64,000 nt of DNA from Methylophaga sp. 42_25_T18 (lineage in GTDB: Bacteria; Pseudomonadota; Gammaproteobacteria; Nitrosococcales; Methylophagaceae), in contig MAAJ01000002.1 of assembly GCA_002163085.1 (NCBI GenBank), positions 22,367-86,366 on the forward strand. Reading direction: 5' to 3'. The position numbers and the translations under genes were made by a program. Positions 29,295 through 39,723 of this stretch are shown here, piece by piece (position 1 is the stretch's first letter; the number at the start of each line of letters is the position of its first letter). Below the pieces are notes generated by a model. The model made no database searches. It was not told the DNA's origin and worked only from the letters and a program-made list of their open reading frames with translations.

Positions 29295-29540
29295 ATGAAC
29301 AACCAAGAAGAAATTTACCTTAAAGTTGTATCACTTTTTGAAAATTTATTTGAGATTGATCCTTCAGAAGTCACATTGGAAGCCAATCTATACCAAGATT
29401 TAGATATTGACAGTATTGATGCCGTAGATTTGGTTATAGAGTTAAGGAAAATGACGAAGAAAAAAATTCAACCAGAAGATTTTAAAACGGTTCGTACCGT
29501 GCAGGATATTGTTGACCAAGTAGAAAAGCTGCTTAGTTAG
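29295..29540 (+). CDS. apeF: Acyl carrier protein 2
   Basis: 81 aa with the LDIDSIDAVD Ser motif. Confidence 0.8.
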   Translation: MNNQEEIYLKVVSLFENLFEIDPSEVTLEANLYQDLDIDSIDAVDLVIELRKMTKKKIQPEDFKTVRTVQDIVDQVEKLLS

Positions 29541-29551
29541 CATACATAGCT

Positions 29552-30097
29552 TTGATTAAACTCATTGTTGTGCTTCTTTCTGTTTGTTATCCCTTTATAG
29601 TGTATTGGGGATTACAGCATCATGACTTTCAAAATTTATTGTTGTTGCTCTTATTGGTATTAATACTGCGGTATTGGTTGGCAACGGAGAGACGTGAACG
29701 CACTGTGATTATCTTCACAGTATTAGCTGTAGGGCTCATTTCATGGTTAGTTGATGGTCAGGTTGGTTTGAAGATATATCCCGTTATGATCAATGTTGGG
29801 TTTCTCGCTGTGTTCGTCCATAGCCTCTATTTCCCTCCAAATATTATTGAACGATTCGCTCGTCTTAGTGAGCCTAACTTGTCACCAAAAATGCTCAGTT
29901 ATACACATAAGGTCACATGGGTATGGATCGGGTTTTTTCTGTTGAATGGATCAATATCAACAGCGACAACATTATGGGCAACAAATGAAATATGGGTGTT
30001 TTATAACGGATTTATTGCTTACATTTTGATGGGGAGTTTATTTGCTGGTGAATGGTTAGTTAGGCGATATAGATTAAAGATAACTAGCAATGGTTAA
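29552..30097 (+). CDS. apeG: Polytopic membrane protein (COG4648-like) of APE clusters
   Basis: 181 aa, about 5 TM helices, at the conserved position between the ACPs and the ligase. The TTG start is uncertain. Confidence 0.55.
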   Translation: MIKLIVVLLSVCYPFIVYWGLQHHDFQNLLLLLLLVLILRYWLATERRERTVIIFTVLAVGLISWLVDGQVGLKIYPVMINVGFLAVFVHSLYFPPNIIERFARLSEPNLSPKMLSYTHKVTWVWIGFFLLNGSISTATTLWATNEIWVFYNGFIAYILMGSLFAGEWLVRRYRLKITSNG

Positions 30098-31481
30098 ATT
30101 GACCCCCTTATCAAATTGGTTAAATGATGCACCTGAACAAATTGTTGCGGTGCATAAAGAAACACGTGTGACAACGGCGGATTTTTTAAATCGTGTTCAA
30201 GTGTGGACCGATGTCCTTGAACAACATCAAGACGAAGGTGGAAAGTGGGCTGTTTATCACCAGGATGCTTTTGAATTTTTAGCTATCTTATTTGCTCTGT
30301 GGCAGTTAAAAAAAACGGCGTGTGTTCCTGGTGATAACCGGCCTGGAACTGTAAAGCGATTAAGTAGCTATGTAGCTGGGTTTATTGGTGAGTTTCCTAG
30401 TATTGACACTGCACTTGATATAGATATAGCTATGCCAACTAGAAAGAGAAAATGGCTTACCTTAGCGCCAGATTTTATTGCTCTTGAAATTTATACTTCG
30501 GGCTCGACGGGACAGCCAAAACCGATTACAAAAACGATCGGGCAGTTAGATAATGAAAGTCATAGTTTGGCTCTTCTTTGGCCCACAAAACCTGACTGTG
30601 TTGTGTTGACCACTGTTTCCCATCAACATTTATACGGTATGACCTTCCGATTATTTTTACCTTTTATTTTAGGGCAGGCATTTGGGCGAAAGTTATGTAA
30701 CTACTCGGAAGATATTTATTATCATGCTAATTATTATTCATCTTTTCTATTAGTCTCTAGCCCATCACATTTAGGCCGATTAAGCAGTCAAATTAATTGG
30801 GCTGAGATAGGTGCGCGTTGTCAGTATATGTTATCTTCATCGGCACCATTATTAAGAGCTGATAGTCTTAAAATTAGCGCTTTATGGAATACGCCGGTGC
30901 GTGAAATTTATGGTAGTTCTGAAACAGGTGCGATTGCATGGCGAAGTCAGACAAAAGATAGTGCCGATGCAAAATGGCAAGCACTGCCATCTACTCAGTT
31001 ATCTTTGACTGATGATGGTGCCTTACAGTTGTCATCAAGTTTTCATGGCAGTAATGAACCAACGATTTTACCAGACAGAGTGTTATTTGATGATGATGGC
31101 ACGTTCAGTTTATTAGGTCGTGAAGACAGTGTGGTCAAGGTTGAAGGTAAGCGTGTTTCACTTACAAATATTGAACAACTCCTTGTAAATAGCCCCTTGA
31201 TCGACGGCTTGAAAGCTATCGTATTAGAAAGAAAACGTATAGAAGTTGCACTGGTGATTAAGTTAACGGCTAAGGGTTCTAACACGTTAAACAAACTTGG
31301 TCGCAAGGACTTGATCCGCCAGTTTAAATCTAGTTTGTCTAATGATCTCGAAGCGGTTGTCTTACCAAGGCGGTGGCGGTTTGTTAAGGACTTGCCGTAT
31401 AACCAGCAAGGTAAATTACCAATGACAGACTTATTAGCATTATTTGAGAAAAATGCTGTAAATATGGGAGAGGCAGTGTGA
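30090..31481 (+). CDS. apeH: AMP-dependent synthetase/ligase (aryl-acid:ACP loading enzyme type)
   Basis: 463 aa. Adenylation core motifs YTSGSTGQPK and EIYGSSETG. Confidence 0.8.
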   Translation: MVKLTPLSNWLNDAPEQIVAVHKETRVTTADFLNRVQVWTDVLEQHQDEGGKWAVYHQDAFEFLAILFALWQLKKTACVPGDNRPGTVKRLSSYVAGFIGEFPSIDTALDIDIAMPTRKRKWLTLAPDFIALEIYTSGSTGQPKPITKTIGQLDNESHSLALLWPTKPDCVVLTTVSHQHLYGMTFRLFLPFILGQAFGRKLCNYSEDIYYHANYYSSFLLVSSPSHLGRLSSQINWAEIGARCQYMLSSSAPLLRADSLKISALWNTPVREIYGSSETGAIAWRSQTKDSADAKWQALPSTQLSLTDDGALQLSSSFHGSNEPTILPDRVLFDDDGTFSLLGREDSVVKVEGKRVSLTNIEQLLVNSPLIDGLKAIVLERKRIEVALVIKLTAKGSNTLNKLGRKDLIRQFKSSLSNDLEAVVLPRRWRFVKDLPYNQQGKLPMTDLLALFEKNAVNMGEAV

Positions 31482-31819
31482 CTAAATGGCCTGAAATTAG
31501 AGCTGAAAATATGGTTGAGGATAGTTATATTATCCAGGCTGTGATCCCCAAAAATCTTCTTTACTTCGATGGACACTTTGCTGATAACCCCGTATTACCT
31601 GGTGTTGTGCAAGTTAATTGGGCCTCGGTAATGGGACGGCGTGCTTTCTCTATATCTGGCACCTTTAAGCAACTAGAAGTGATCAAGTTTCAACAGTTAT
31701 TTTTTCCATTAGATGAGATAACAATTACGTTGAAGTATGACGAAATAAAAAGGAAGTTAAGTTTTAGTTATGGATCTGAACGAGGAGTACACGCAAGTGG
31801 ACGTATTTGTTTCGAATAA
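31478..31819 (+). CDS. apeI: Hotdog-fold 3-hydroxyacyl-ACP dehydratase subunit
   Basis: 113 aa with FabA/FabZ-like FDGHFADNPVLPGV. Confidence 0.7.
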   Translation: MTKWPEIRAENMVEDSYIIQAVIPKNLLYFDGHFADNPVLPGVVQVNWASVMGRRAFSISGTFKQLEVIKFQQLFFPLDEITITLKYDEIKRKLSFSYGSERGVHASGRICFE

Positions 31820-32567
31820 GGAAATAAGCTTTAACCCCGCTATTTTGATTCCTGTTTATAATCATGAAAAAGCGGTTGTAACAACGCTTGAATCGGTGTT
31901 AGCTCATTCCTTACCTATATTACTTGTAGATGATGGTAGTGATAGGGTGTGCCAGCAAGTTTTAGAAGAACTGCGCGACAGTCATTCAGAACATGTCAGT
32001 TTATTGCGACTGGATAACAATGGTGGAAAGGGAGCAGCAGTTAAACAGGGCTTAATTGAACTGCATGCAAAAGGCTACAGTCACGCGATTCAAATTGATG
32101 CTGATGGCCAACATGATACAGATGACTTGCCAACGTTTTTAGCAACGGGACAACGTTATCCATCAACGTTAATCTCTGGCTGCCCGGATTATGATGAGTC
32201 GGTACCTAAATTACGCTATTACAGTAGGTACTTAACTTCTGTCTGGGTGTGGATCAACACTTTATCCTTTGAAATTAACGATAGTATGTGTGGTTTTAGA
32301 GTGTATCCATTGGCTGAAATAGTCACCTTGTTAGAACAAGAAAAATGCGGTGATCGGATGGATTTTGATATTGAGATCATGGTTCGTTGGTTATGGCGTG
32401 GCGGTAAAGTAAAGGGGATCGGCACACGGGTGAATTATCCCGTTGACGGTGTGTCACATTTCAATGCAGTTCATGACAATGTTTTAATTTCGTGGATGCA
32501 TACACGGTTATTTTTTGGCATGTTGTTACGTTTACCTACCTTATTAAGGCGGAAGCTAAATGGGTAG
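31797..32567 (+). CDS. apeJ: Family 2 glycosyltransferase
   Basis: ILIPVYNHE, VDDGSDR and DADGQHD motifs. GTG at 31797 has GAGGAG 9 nt upstream; an alternative ATG is at 31770. Confidence 0.75.
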   Translation: MDVFVSNKEISFNPAILIPVYNHEKAVVTTLESVLAHSLPILLVDDGSDRVCQQVLEELRDSHSEHVSLLRLDNNGGKGAAVKQGLIELHAKGYSHAIQIDADGQHDTDDLPTFLATGQRYPSTLISGCPDYDESVPKLRYYSRYLTSVWVWINTLSFEINDSMCGFRVYPLAEIVTLLEQEKCGDRMDFDIEIMVRWLWRGGKVKGIGTRVNYPVDGVSHFNAVHDNVLISWMHTRLFFGMLLRLPTLLRRKLNG

Positions 32568-33504
32568 GGGAAAACGTCATTGGTCTCAGCTGAGTGAATC
32601 AGGCACGGTAGTCGGTATTAAAATATTATTACTTATCTATCAGTTCTTTGGACGTTGGGGCTTTCGTGTTTTTTTATATCCGGTAATAAGCTATTACTAT
32701 TGGGTTCATGCAACGGCACGTCGTGCATCAAAAGAGTATTTACAGCGACTTAACTCTTTTTTACCACAAAAACAGCATGAAGAACGTTCAAGTTTTAAAC
32801 ATTTTTTAATGTTTGGCGAAATACTGTTAGATAAATTTTTGGTTTGGACAAATCAAATTGGCTTAGATGACGTTGTGTTTGCAACACCAACAGTTTTTGA
32901 TGCAATGAATGAGAGTAATAAAGGTGGAATAATAATTGTTTCACATCTCGGAAATATGGAGGTGTGTAGTGCATTAGTACAACAGTTTCCAGATCTTGAA
33001 TTAACAATTTTAGCCTTTACCCAACACGCAGTTAAGTTCAACAATATGATGAAAGATGCTAGCGATAATAAGCGTATTGAGTCATTGCAGGTTACAGATA
33101 TGACCCCTGAAGTGGCAATGAGATTGTCAGATCGAATCAATAGTGGTGGCTATATTATTATCGCTGGTGATAGAACGCCTGTTACTGGAGAAACTAGGGT
33201 TTCAGATGTCTCATTTTTAGGCGGTATAGCCTCCATGCCACAAGGAGGATTTATTTTAGCAGGACTATTGAAATGTCCGGTTTATTTTTTGTTTTGTTTA
33301 AAGCAGAAAAATCAGTACCAGATCTATTTGGAGCTGTTTTCACATCAGTTGGTTTTTCCTCGAAAAGAACGCCAGTCGGCGATGAATACGGTTGTGCAGC
33401 AATATGCTCAGCGTTTAGAGCACTATTGTGTGATTGCGCCATTACAATGGTTTAATTTTTATTCTTTTTGGAAAGAAAAAGAACAGGTTAAATATGAACG
33501 ATAA
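32560..33504 (+). CDS. LpxL/HtrB-like (lipid A biosynthesis-type) acyltransferase
   Basis: 314 aa. N-terminal TM helix; VSHLGNMEV and AGDRTP regions resemble lauroyl/myristoyl acyltransferases. Confidence 0.6.
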   Translation: MGRGKRHWSQLSESGTVVGIKILLLIYQFFGRWGFRVFLYPVISYYYWVHATARRASKEYLQRLNSFLPQKQHEERSSFKHFLMFGEILLDKFLVWTNQIGLDDVVFATPTVFDAMNESNKGGIIIVSHLGNMEVCSALVQQFPDLELTILAFTQHAVKFNNMMKDASDNKRIESLQVTDMTPEVAMRLSDRINSGGYIIIAGDRTPVTGETRVSDVSFLGGIASMPQGGFILAGLLKCPVYFLFCLKQKNQYQIYLELFSHQLVFPRKERQSAMNTVVQQYAQRLEHYCVIAPLQWFNFYSFWKEKEQVKYER

Positions 33505-33919
33505 AGTAGAGCTCAATGCAGAAGTGTTTATTGATATTCCATTTCATGATGTCGATCTAATGCGAGTTGCCTGGCATGGCCATTATGCAAAATACATGGA
33601 AATTGCTCGAAGTGCGTTATTAGATAAAATTGATTATAACTATCCTCAAATGGAAGAGTCGGGCTATGTTTGGCCTGTTATCGACATGAGAGTTCGTTAT
33701 GCTCATCCTTTACGTTTTATGCAAAAAGTAAAAGTGATAGCGACATTAGTCGAGTGGGAGAACCGTCTTAAAATAGCGTACTTATTTGAAGACACTGAAA
33801 GTGGTAAACGTTTAACTAAGGCATATACAGTGCAAGTGGCTGTTGATATGGAAAACCATGAAATGTTGTATGTTTCACCGAACATTCTTTTTCGTAAACT
33901 GGGTTTTCTTGATGAATAA
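33494..33919 (+). CDS. apeK: 4HBT/YbgC-type acyl-ACP/CoA thioesterase
   Basis: 141 aa with the hotdog thioesterase motif HDVDLMRVAWHGHYAKYME. Confidence 0.7.
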   Translation: MNDKVELNAEVFIDIPFHDVDLMRVAWHGHYAKYMEIARSALLDKIDYNYPQMEESGYVWPVIDMRVRYAHPLRFMQKVKVIATLVEWENRLKIAYLFEDTESGKRLTKAYTVQVAVDMENHEMLYVSPNILFRKLGFLDE

Positions 33920-34475
33920 ACTGTTACTGATTTGCCTTACACTTTTTCCTTTAGTTGTTTGTGCTGAGTTAACGTATGGAGAGTTGGAGAAGATATCAAC
34001 TACGCCTGAACAACTGAAAGGTCATTTCGAACAAGAAAAATATATTTCAAATTTATCGGTTAGCTTGAAGTCATCAGGACATTTTTCTTACCAACGAGGT
34101 CAAGCGCTTCATTGGCAGACGATGGTGCCAATCCAACACGAACTAGTGATGACAAGAGAAAGCATTATTAACAGACAAGGTGAAAATGAGTTAATACACC
34201 TAGATGTAAGTTCAAATCCTGCTCTTCAGGTAATAAGTGAATTATTTTTTTCAGTTTTGACTGCGGAATGGCAAGGATTAGAGCGATTTTTCAAATTATC
34301 GTCTGGCAGTAATGTAAATGGTCAATGGGTTGCAGAGTTGTTACCCATAGATACTGTCATAACTCAATTTTCGGAAAGGGTAACGCTACAAGGTGACTCT
34401 TTATTACGCGAAGTGACAATATACGAAAAAAGTGGTGATTACACTAAAATACGGTTTGATGACTTAAGTCAGTGA
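33912..34475 (+). CDS. apeL: LolA-like outer-membrane lipoprotein carrier family protein
   Basis: Signal peptide MNKLLLICLTLFPLVVCA. Size and position match LolA-like APE genes. The ATG overlaps the upstream stop. Confidence 0.6.
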   Translation: MNKLLLICLTLFPLVVCAELTYGELEKISTTPEQLKGHFEQEKYISNLSVSLKSSGHFSYQRGQALHWQTMVPIQHELVMTRESIINRQGENELIHLDVSSNPALQVISELFFSVLTAEWQGLERFFKLSSGSNVNGQWVAELLPIDTVITQFSERVTLQGDSLLREVTIYEKSGDYTKIRFDDLSQ

Positions 34476-36805
34476 AACTAATGACATCAAACGTTAAGAT
34501 TTTACCTATTCTGTGGTTATTATTTGTCACGGCTATCGCTGTTATAGCATTTAATGCAAAGCCAGTTTTTGACTCCAGTATTATGAGCTTACTACCGAAG
34601 TCTAAACAGCAAATTATCGTCCAGCAGGCAACAAAGAAAATGAGCGATATGTTTGCAAAGCGTGTCATCTTCTTACTTTCTTCTAATAGTGATAGCGAAG
34701 TCAGAGAAGTAGTTAGCACGTTAGCTGCAAGGCTAGAATTATTGCCTGATGTAGTCAATGTTGAGTGGCAGGTTAATGAAAGTGATTTCAGTAAAAGTCA
34801 GCAGGAGTTATATCCCTATCGCTTTGCCTTAATTGATCCTGTCAGTCGTCAATTAATGCTGAATCAGCAGTTTAAAGATATTCAAACACGGGCGTTATTA
34901 AACTTATACAGCCCAATAACTACCGGCGCTATTTCAATAATCGACGATCCTTTTGGATTATTTACACAGCTGAAGCTGGATCGTAAGACAGAACTCAACC
35001 TTCAAGTTTCCAATTCATTATTAAAAGTAGTGGGCAGCCAGCAACCAACATATATGCTGATAATGACACTGGCCGAGAAACCTTATTCTCCAGAGTTACA
35101 ACAGCGAGTTTTAAGTGTTATTGATAATCAAAAACGGGCAATGAAACAACGTGGCGTAAATATGGCGATGTCTGGCATGTTATTACATGCCGCAGCGGGT
35201 GCAGAGCAGGCAAATAAAGAAATCATGAGTATAGGTTTAGGATCTTTGCTCGGCATCATCATAATGATGTTATTTGTTTTTCGACAATTTAAACCTTTGT
35301 TTATGATGATATTCTCAGTATTAATGGGATGTGTTGTAGCGATTGCGGTAACAACATTAATATTTGAGCGGATACATGTTATTACATTAGCGTTTGGAGC
35401 AGGATTAATAGGTGTTTCGCTGGATTATGCCTTACATTATTTGTGTGAACGACGGGTGACACACAGTGACAAATTATTGTCCAAGATCATAATGGGCTTA
35501 TTATTAGGCTTGTTTTCTAGTGTTATCGCTTATGCGGCACAAGCAATGGCACCTTTCCCTGGATTACAGCAAATGGCTGTTTTTTCAGTTATAGGTTTAA
35601 TTGCATCGTGGTTGACGGTTGTTTTGTGTTTTCCTCTATTAACGCACTCCGACCCAATCAGGCCCTTAAATGCAGCTGCACAATTAACGAGATTGTTAAA
35701 AAACATTCCTCGAGTTGAAAATTGCCAAAAAACGTTCATCGTCATGCTGTTCATCAGTGTATTCATCGCGGTGTTAACGCTATCAAAGAGTCAGAATGTG
35801 GACGATGTTCGATTATTGCAAACATCACCAGCTGGTTTGCTGCAGCAAGAAAACTTTGTAAAGACTCAGCTTAATGCGAGTAGTAATTCACAGTTTCTTT
35901 TAATTCAAGCTAATAGTGTTGAAGCCGGTCTGCAAAAAGAAGAAGCGCTCAGGCCATTACTTGAACGGCTAATTTCAACAACATCGATTTCAGGCTATCA
36001 GGCCTTATCCACTGTTTTGCCATCCTTAAATAAACAAGAGGAAAACGCGCGTTTAATAAAAGAGTTATATAGGCAACAGCTAAGCTCTTTTTATGAGCAG
36101 CTTGACATGACAACTGAGAATTACCAGAAAGCACAAGCAAGTTTGACACAAGCTTTACCACAGCGACTAAGTTTTGATGAGTGGCAGCAGCATGAGGAAA
36201 GCAGAATGTGGGAGAACTTTATTGTCTCTGCGAAAGATGGACAGTTTGGCACGATCGTTCGATTCTCAGGTGTAATAGATCAACATGCTAAACAGCAACT
36301 CGCAGCGTTAGTTGCAGGTGACGACCAAATTATTTTTGTAGATCAGATACGCGATATATCTAACATAATGGGAGAGTATCGAAAGCAAATTATTAACTTG
36401 GTTCTTATTGCTTATTTATTTGTATTATTAGTGCTGTTGCATCGTTATCGGACTCAAGTATGGCGTATTATACTGCCGCCTTTACTGGCTTCAATTTTCA
36501 CACTAGCTATTTTGACTCAGTTGGAACAAGGGATAAATGTGTTCCATTTGATGGCACTTATTTTGGTATTAGGCATTGGTTTAGATATGGGGATTTTCTT
36601 AACTGAAACACGCGAGTCATTACATACCTGGTTAGCGGTTTCGCTTTCAGCGTATACGAGTTTACTCGCTTTTGGCTTACTGACCTTAAGTGATACTCCA
36701 GTGTTACATCATTTTGGTTTAACGGTGTTAGTGGGTTTAACGCTAGTCTGGATGCTGGTACTTGTGATGAGAAAAAACATCCCTGAATATGCCACTAAAA
36801 GCTAA
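34472..36805 (+). CDS. apeM: MMPL/RND-superfamily exporter
   Basis: 777 aa: two 5-6 TM bundles, each preceded by a large soluble loop. GTGA overlap with the upstream stop. Confidence 0.8.
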   Translation: MKLMTSNVKILPILWLLFVTAIAVIAFNAKPVFDSSIMSLLPKSKQQIIVQQATKKMSDMFAKRVIFLLSSNSDSEVREVVSTLAARLELLPDVVNVEWQVNESDFSKSQQELYPYRFALIDPVSRQLMLNQQFKDIQTRALLNLYSPITTGAISIIDDPFGLFTQLKLDRKTELNLQVSNSLLKVVGSQQPTYMLIMTLAEKPYSPELQQRVLSVIDNQKRAMKQRGVNMAMSGMLLHAAAGAEQANKEIMSIGLGSLLGIIIMMLFVFRQFKPLFMMIFSVLMGCVVAIAVTTLIFERIHVITLAFGAGLIGVSLDYALHYLCERRVTHSDKLLSKIIMGLLLGLFSSVIAYAAQAMAPFPGLQQMAVFSVIGLIASWLTVVLCFPLLTHSDPIRPLNAAAQLTRLLKNIPRVENCQKTFIVMLFISVFIAVLTLSKSQNVDDVRLLQTSPAGLLQQENFVKTQLNASSNSQFLLIQANSVEAGLQKEEALRPLLERLISTTSISGYQALSTVLPSLNKQEENARLIKELYRQQLSSFYEQLDMTTENYQKAQASLTQALPQRLSFDEWQQHEESRMWENFIVSAKDGQFGTIVRFSGVIDQHAKQQLAALVAGDDQIIFVDQIRDISNIMGEYRKQIINLVLIAYLFVLLVLLHRYRTQVWRIILPPLLASIFTLAILTQLEQGINVFHLMALILVLGIGLDMGIFLTETRESLHTWLAVSLSAYTSLLAFGLLTLSDTPVLHHFGLTVLVGLTLVWMLVLVMRKNIPEYATKS

Positions 36806-37366
36806 ATGGATTATAGAAAAATGAGAGCGTCAAAATTAATTCTCTATTGTTTTGTCTTGTTGTTAAGTGGCTGTAGTTTATTTTCAAAACCAGATAGCAC
36901 TAACCGAGAGTTAATGCTACTGCCACCCTCACAGGGACCGGAAGCCACCGTATTAAAACAAGTTGTTACTGTGAAGGGTAACGGAGAAGAAACTTCATTC
37001 TTAGTTGTGAGTAAATTTGAGCCGGAAAAGTTAGGGCTAGTCGCTTTATTACCAACGGGTCAGTCATTATTGTCACTAGACTATGATGGCCTAGATGTAA
37101 CACAACAATTGTTCGCTGAAATCAGCTTGCCAAGTGAAGAAATGTTAGCCATTATGCAGTTTGCATTATGGCCTGAGCCATCGATTAAACAACACTATAC
37201 GCAGGATGCTGGTTGGGTAGTAACCATCGATTCAGAGCAACGTACGTTATCAACATTGACAGAAAAAATACTTACAATACGATACCAGCAACAAACAGTT
37301 TTAATTGAGCATCATTTGCATCAATATAAAGTTATTGTTCGGACTATAGAAAAATATTCACTATGA
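36806..37366 (+). CDS. apeN: DUF3261-like lipoprotein
   Basis: Lipobox LLSGC. 186 aa, at the conserved position after the exporter. Confidence 0.6.
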   Translation: MDYRKMRASKLILYCFVLLLSGCSLFSKPDSTNRELMLLPPSQGPEATVLKQVVTVKGNGEETSFLVVSKFEPEKLGLVALLPTGQSLLSLDYDGLDVTQQLFAEISLPSEEMLAIMQFALWPEPSIKQHYTQDAGWVVTIDSEQRTLSTLTEKILTIRYQQQTVLIEHHLHQYKVIVRTIEKYSL

Positions 37367-38559
37367 CAAAACGATGTTATCTCAACGCGGTAGGCATACT
37401 ATGTTCTGCTGGTGACTCACCTGAAATGGTTAAGAAAAGTTTACTGAACCAACGAACAACACTGACAATGAGCTCTGCGTTTAGTACTGATATGGAAACA
37501 GTGTTACCACTAGGTATTTATCAGGGAGAATTGCCTGAATTAACACTGACTGACAAAAAATGGCAAAGTAGGAATAACCAGTTTGCTATAGCAGCTCTTA
37601 AGCAAATTAATAATGAAGTACAAGATGCAATAACACAGTTTGGAGCACATCGCGTAGGAGTGATTATTGGAACAAGTACCTCTGGTACAGCTGAAAGTGA
37701 AGCTGCGATTGAGCAGTGGGTTCAGACAGGAGATATTCCTCCTGAGTATGATTACGGTTTGCAGGGAATGGGCGCGCCAGCTCAATATGTGGCGGAATAT
37801 TTAGGCGTACAAGGGCCTAGTTATGGAATATCAACAGCCTGTTCATCCGGTGCAAAGGCATTGGCTTCAGCGAGACGATTGATTCGTGCGGGAATCTGCG
37901 ATGCTGTTATCGCTGGTGGTGTTGATACTTTGTGCAAACTTACAGTACAAGGATTTTCATCACTTGATGCGGTGAGTGATGAGATTTGTAATCCCTTTAG
38001 TAATAATCGTAAAGGTATAAATGTTGGAGAGGGAGCCGCTTTGTTTTTAATGACATCTGTTGAGAAGGGCGTTGAGTTATTGGGCGTTGGCGAGGATAGC
38101 GATGCTTACCATCTTTCAGCACCAGACCCAACTGGAGCAGGTGCTGTAAGGTGTATGACAGCTGCCGTAAATGACGCAAACTTAATTCCTGATGATATCG
38201 GTTATGTGAACCTGCATGGAACATCAACGAAGCTAAATGATCAGATGGAATCAATAGCCATGCATGCCGTGTTTGGTCCTGATACCTTATGCAGCTCAAC
38301 CAAACCATTCGTTGGACATACATTAGGTGCAGCAGGTGTCGTGGAAGCTGCAATTTGTTATTTAACACTTGAGTCTGGGACGGATGACTTTGTGCCAGTG
38401 CAGCTTTGGGATGGAGTGCTTGATCCAGAATTGCCGAAGATTAACCTTGTCGACTCGACAGAAAAACTGACCAGTCCTCTTAACTATGTATTAAGTAATT
38501 CATTTGCTTTTGGAGGAAGTAGTATTTCCTTATTATTCGGGCGAATAAGTAATGACTAA
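37363..38559 (+). CDS. apeO: Beta-ketoacyl-ACP synthase (elongating KS)
   Basis: 398 aa. Cys-His-His triad: STACSSG, HGTSTKLND, GHTLGAAG. Confidence 0.85.
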   Translation: MTKRCYLNAVGILCSAGDSPEMVKKSLLNQRTTLTMSSAFSTDMETVLPLGIYQGELPELTLTDKKWQSRNNQFAIAALKQINNEVQDAITQFGAHRVGVIIGTSTSGTAESEAAIEQWVQTGDIPPEYDYGLQGMGAPAQYVAEYLGVQGPSYGISTACSSGAKALASARRLIRAGICDAVIAGGVDTLCKLTVQGFSSLDAVSDEICNPFSNNRKGINVGEGAALFLMTSVEKGVELLGVGEDSDAYHLSAPDPTGAGAVRCMTAAVNDANLIPDDIGYVNLHGTSTKLNDQMESIAMHAVFGPDTLCSSTKPFVGHTLGAAGVVEAAICYLTLESGTDDFVPVQLWDGVLDPELPKINLVDSTEKLTSPLNYVLSNSFAFGGSSISLLFGRISND

Positions 38560-39001
38560 TTTTAGTGTAGATGATCTTGTGCCGCATTCAGGATTAATGA
38601 GTTTATTGGATCGTATCGTTGATTATGGTGATGATTGGCTCGAGGCCCAGGTAGATATTTCAGATAACACCCTCTTTTTGGAAGAGCAAGGCATACCTGC
38701 TTTAGTTGGATTAGAGTATTTAGCTCAAACAATAGCTGCTTTTTCAGGTGTTGAAGAACAGCTTAAAGGTGGTAGTCCTAAACTAGGTTTTCTATTAGGA
38801 ACAAGAAAGTTTGAATGCTCAACGGATTATTTTCAATTAGGACAAACGATAACGTTAAAGGTGCAACGTGAAATGAAAGCTGAAAATGGACTCCATGTAT
38901 TTCAGTGTGTTTTATCTGGCGAGGGGCTTAGTGCAACGGCGACGATAAATGTGTTTCAACCTGAAGATGCCAATACGTTTATAAAGGAAGCAAAAGCATG
39001 A
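38552..39001 (+). CDS. apeP: Hotdog-fold dehydratase subunit
   Basis: 149 aa, hotdog-like. Lies between KS and KR, as in APE clusters. Confidence 0.65.
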   Translation: MTNFSVDDLVPHSGLMSLLDRIVDYGDDWLEAQVDISDNTLFLEEQGIPALVGLEYLAQTIAAFSGVEEQLKGGSPKLGFLLGTRKFECSTDYFQLGQTITLKVQREMKAENGLHVFQCVLSGEGLSATATINVFQPEDANTFIKEAKA

Positions 39002-39723
39002 ACAAAACGGTTTTGGTAACAGGATCTAGTCGGGGCATTGGTAAAGCTATTGCTTTACGTCTTGCTCGTGAACACTATGATCTTGTACTTCATTGTCGGA
39101 ATAACCGTGAACAAGCGGACGAGGTGGCAAATGAAATCGTTGAAATGGGGCAGTCTGCACGAGTCTTACAGTTTGATATTGGAGACCGCGAACAAGCAAG
39201 GACTGTTCTGGAGCAGGATATGGATGAGTTTGGAGCTTACTATGGGGTGGTTTGTAACGCAGGAGTTGCAAGAGATAATGCTTTTCCTGCAATTCCGGGC
39301 GATGAGTGGGACCTTGTATTAAGAACAAATTTAGATGGTTTTTATAATGTACTTCATCCAATCATCATGCCTATGATACGGCGACGTAAGCCGAGTCGAA
39401 TTATTACGCTATCTTCAGTGTCAGGTGAAATGGGTAATAGAGGCCAAGTTAATTATAGTGCGGCTAAGGCCGGAATTATCGGTGCAACGAAAGCATTGGC
39501 TATTGAACTTGCAAAGAGAAAAATAACGGTAAATTGTGTCTCTCCTGGATTAATTGATACAGAAATGGTTGAGTCAGTAGTAATGGACGAAGCGTTGAAA
39601 ATGATTCCAATGAAACGAATGGGCCGCGTAGAAGAAGTTGCGGGTACAGTGAATTTTCTACTGTCAGAAGATGCGGCATATATAACCCGTCAAGTTATTT
39701 CAGTTAATGGTGGAATGTTTTAA
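38998..39723 (+). CDS. apeQ: 3-oxoacyl-ACP reductase (FabG-type SDR)
   Basis: TGSSRGIGKAIA cofactor motif and the catalytic S...YSAAK. Confidence 0.9.
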   Translation: MNKTVLVTGSSRGIGKAIALRLAREHYDLVLHCRNNREQADEVANEIVEMGQSARVLQFDIGDREQARTVLEQDMDEFGAYYGVVCNAGVARDNAFPAIPGDEWDLVLRTNLDGFYNVLHPIIMPMIRRRKPSRIITLSSVSGEMGNRGQVNYSAAKAGIIGATKALAIELAKRKITVNCVSPGLIDTEMVESVVMDEALKMIPMKRMGRVEEVAGTVNFLLSEDAAYITRQVISVNGGMF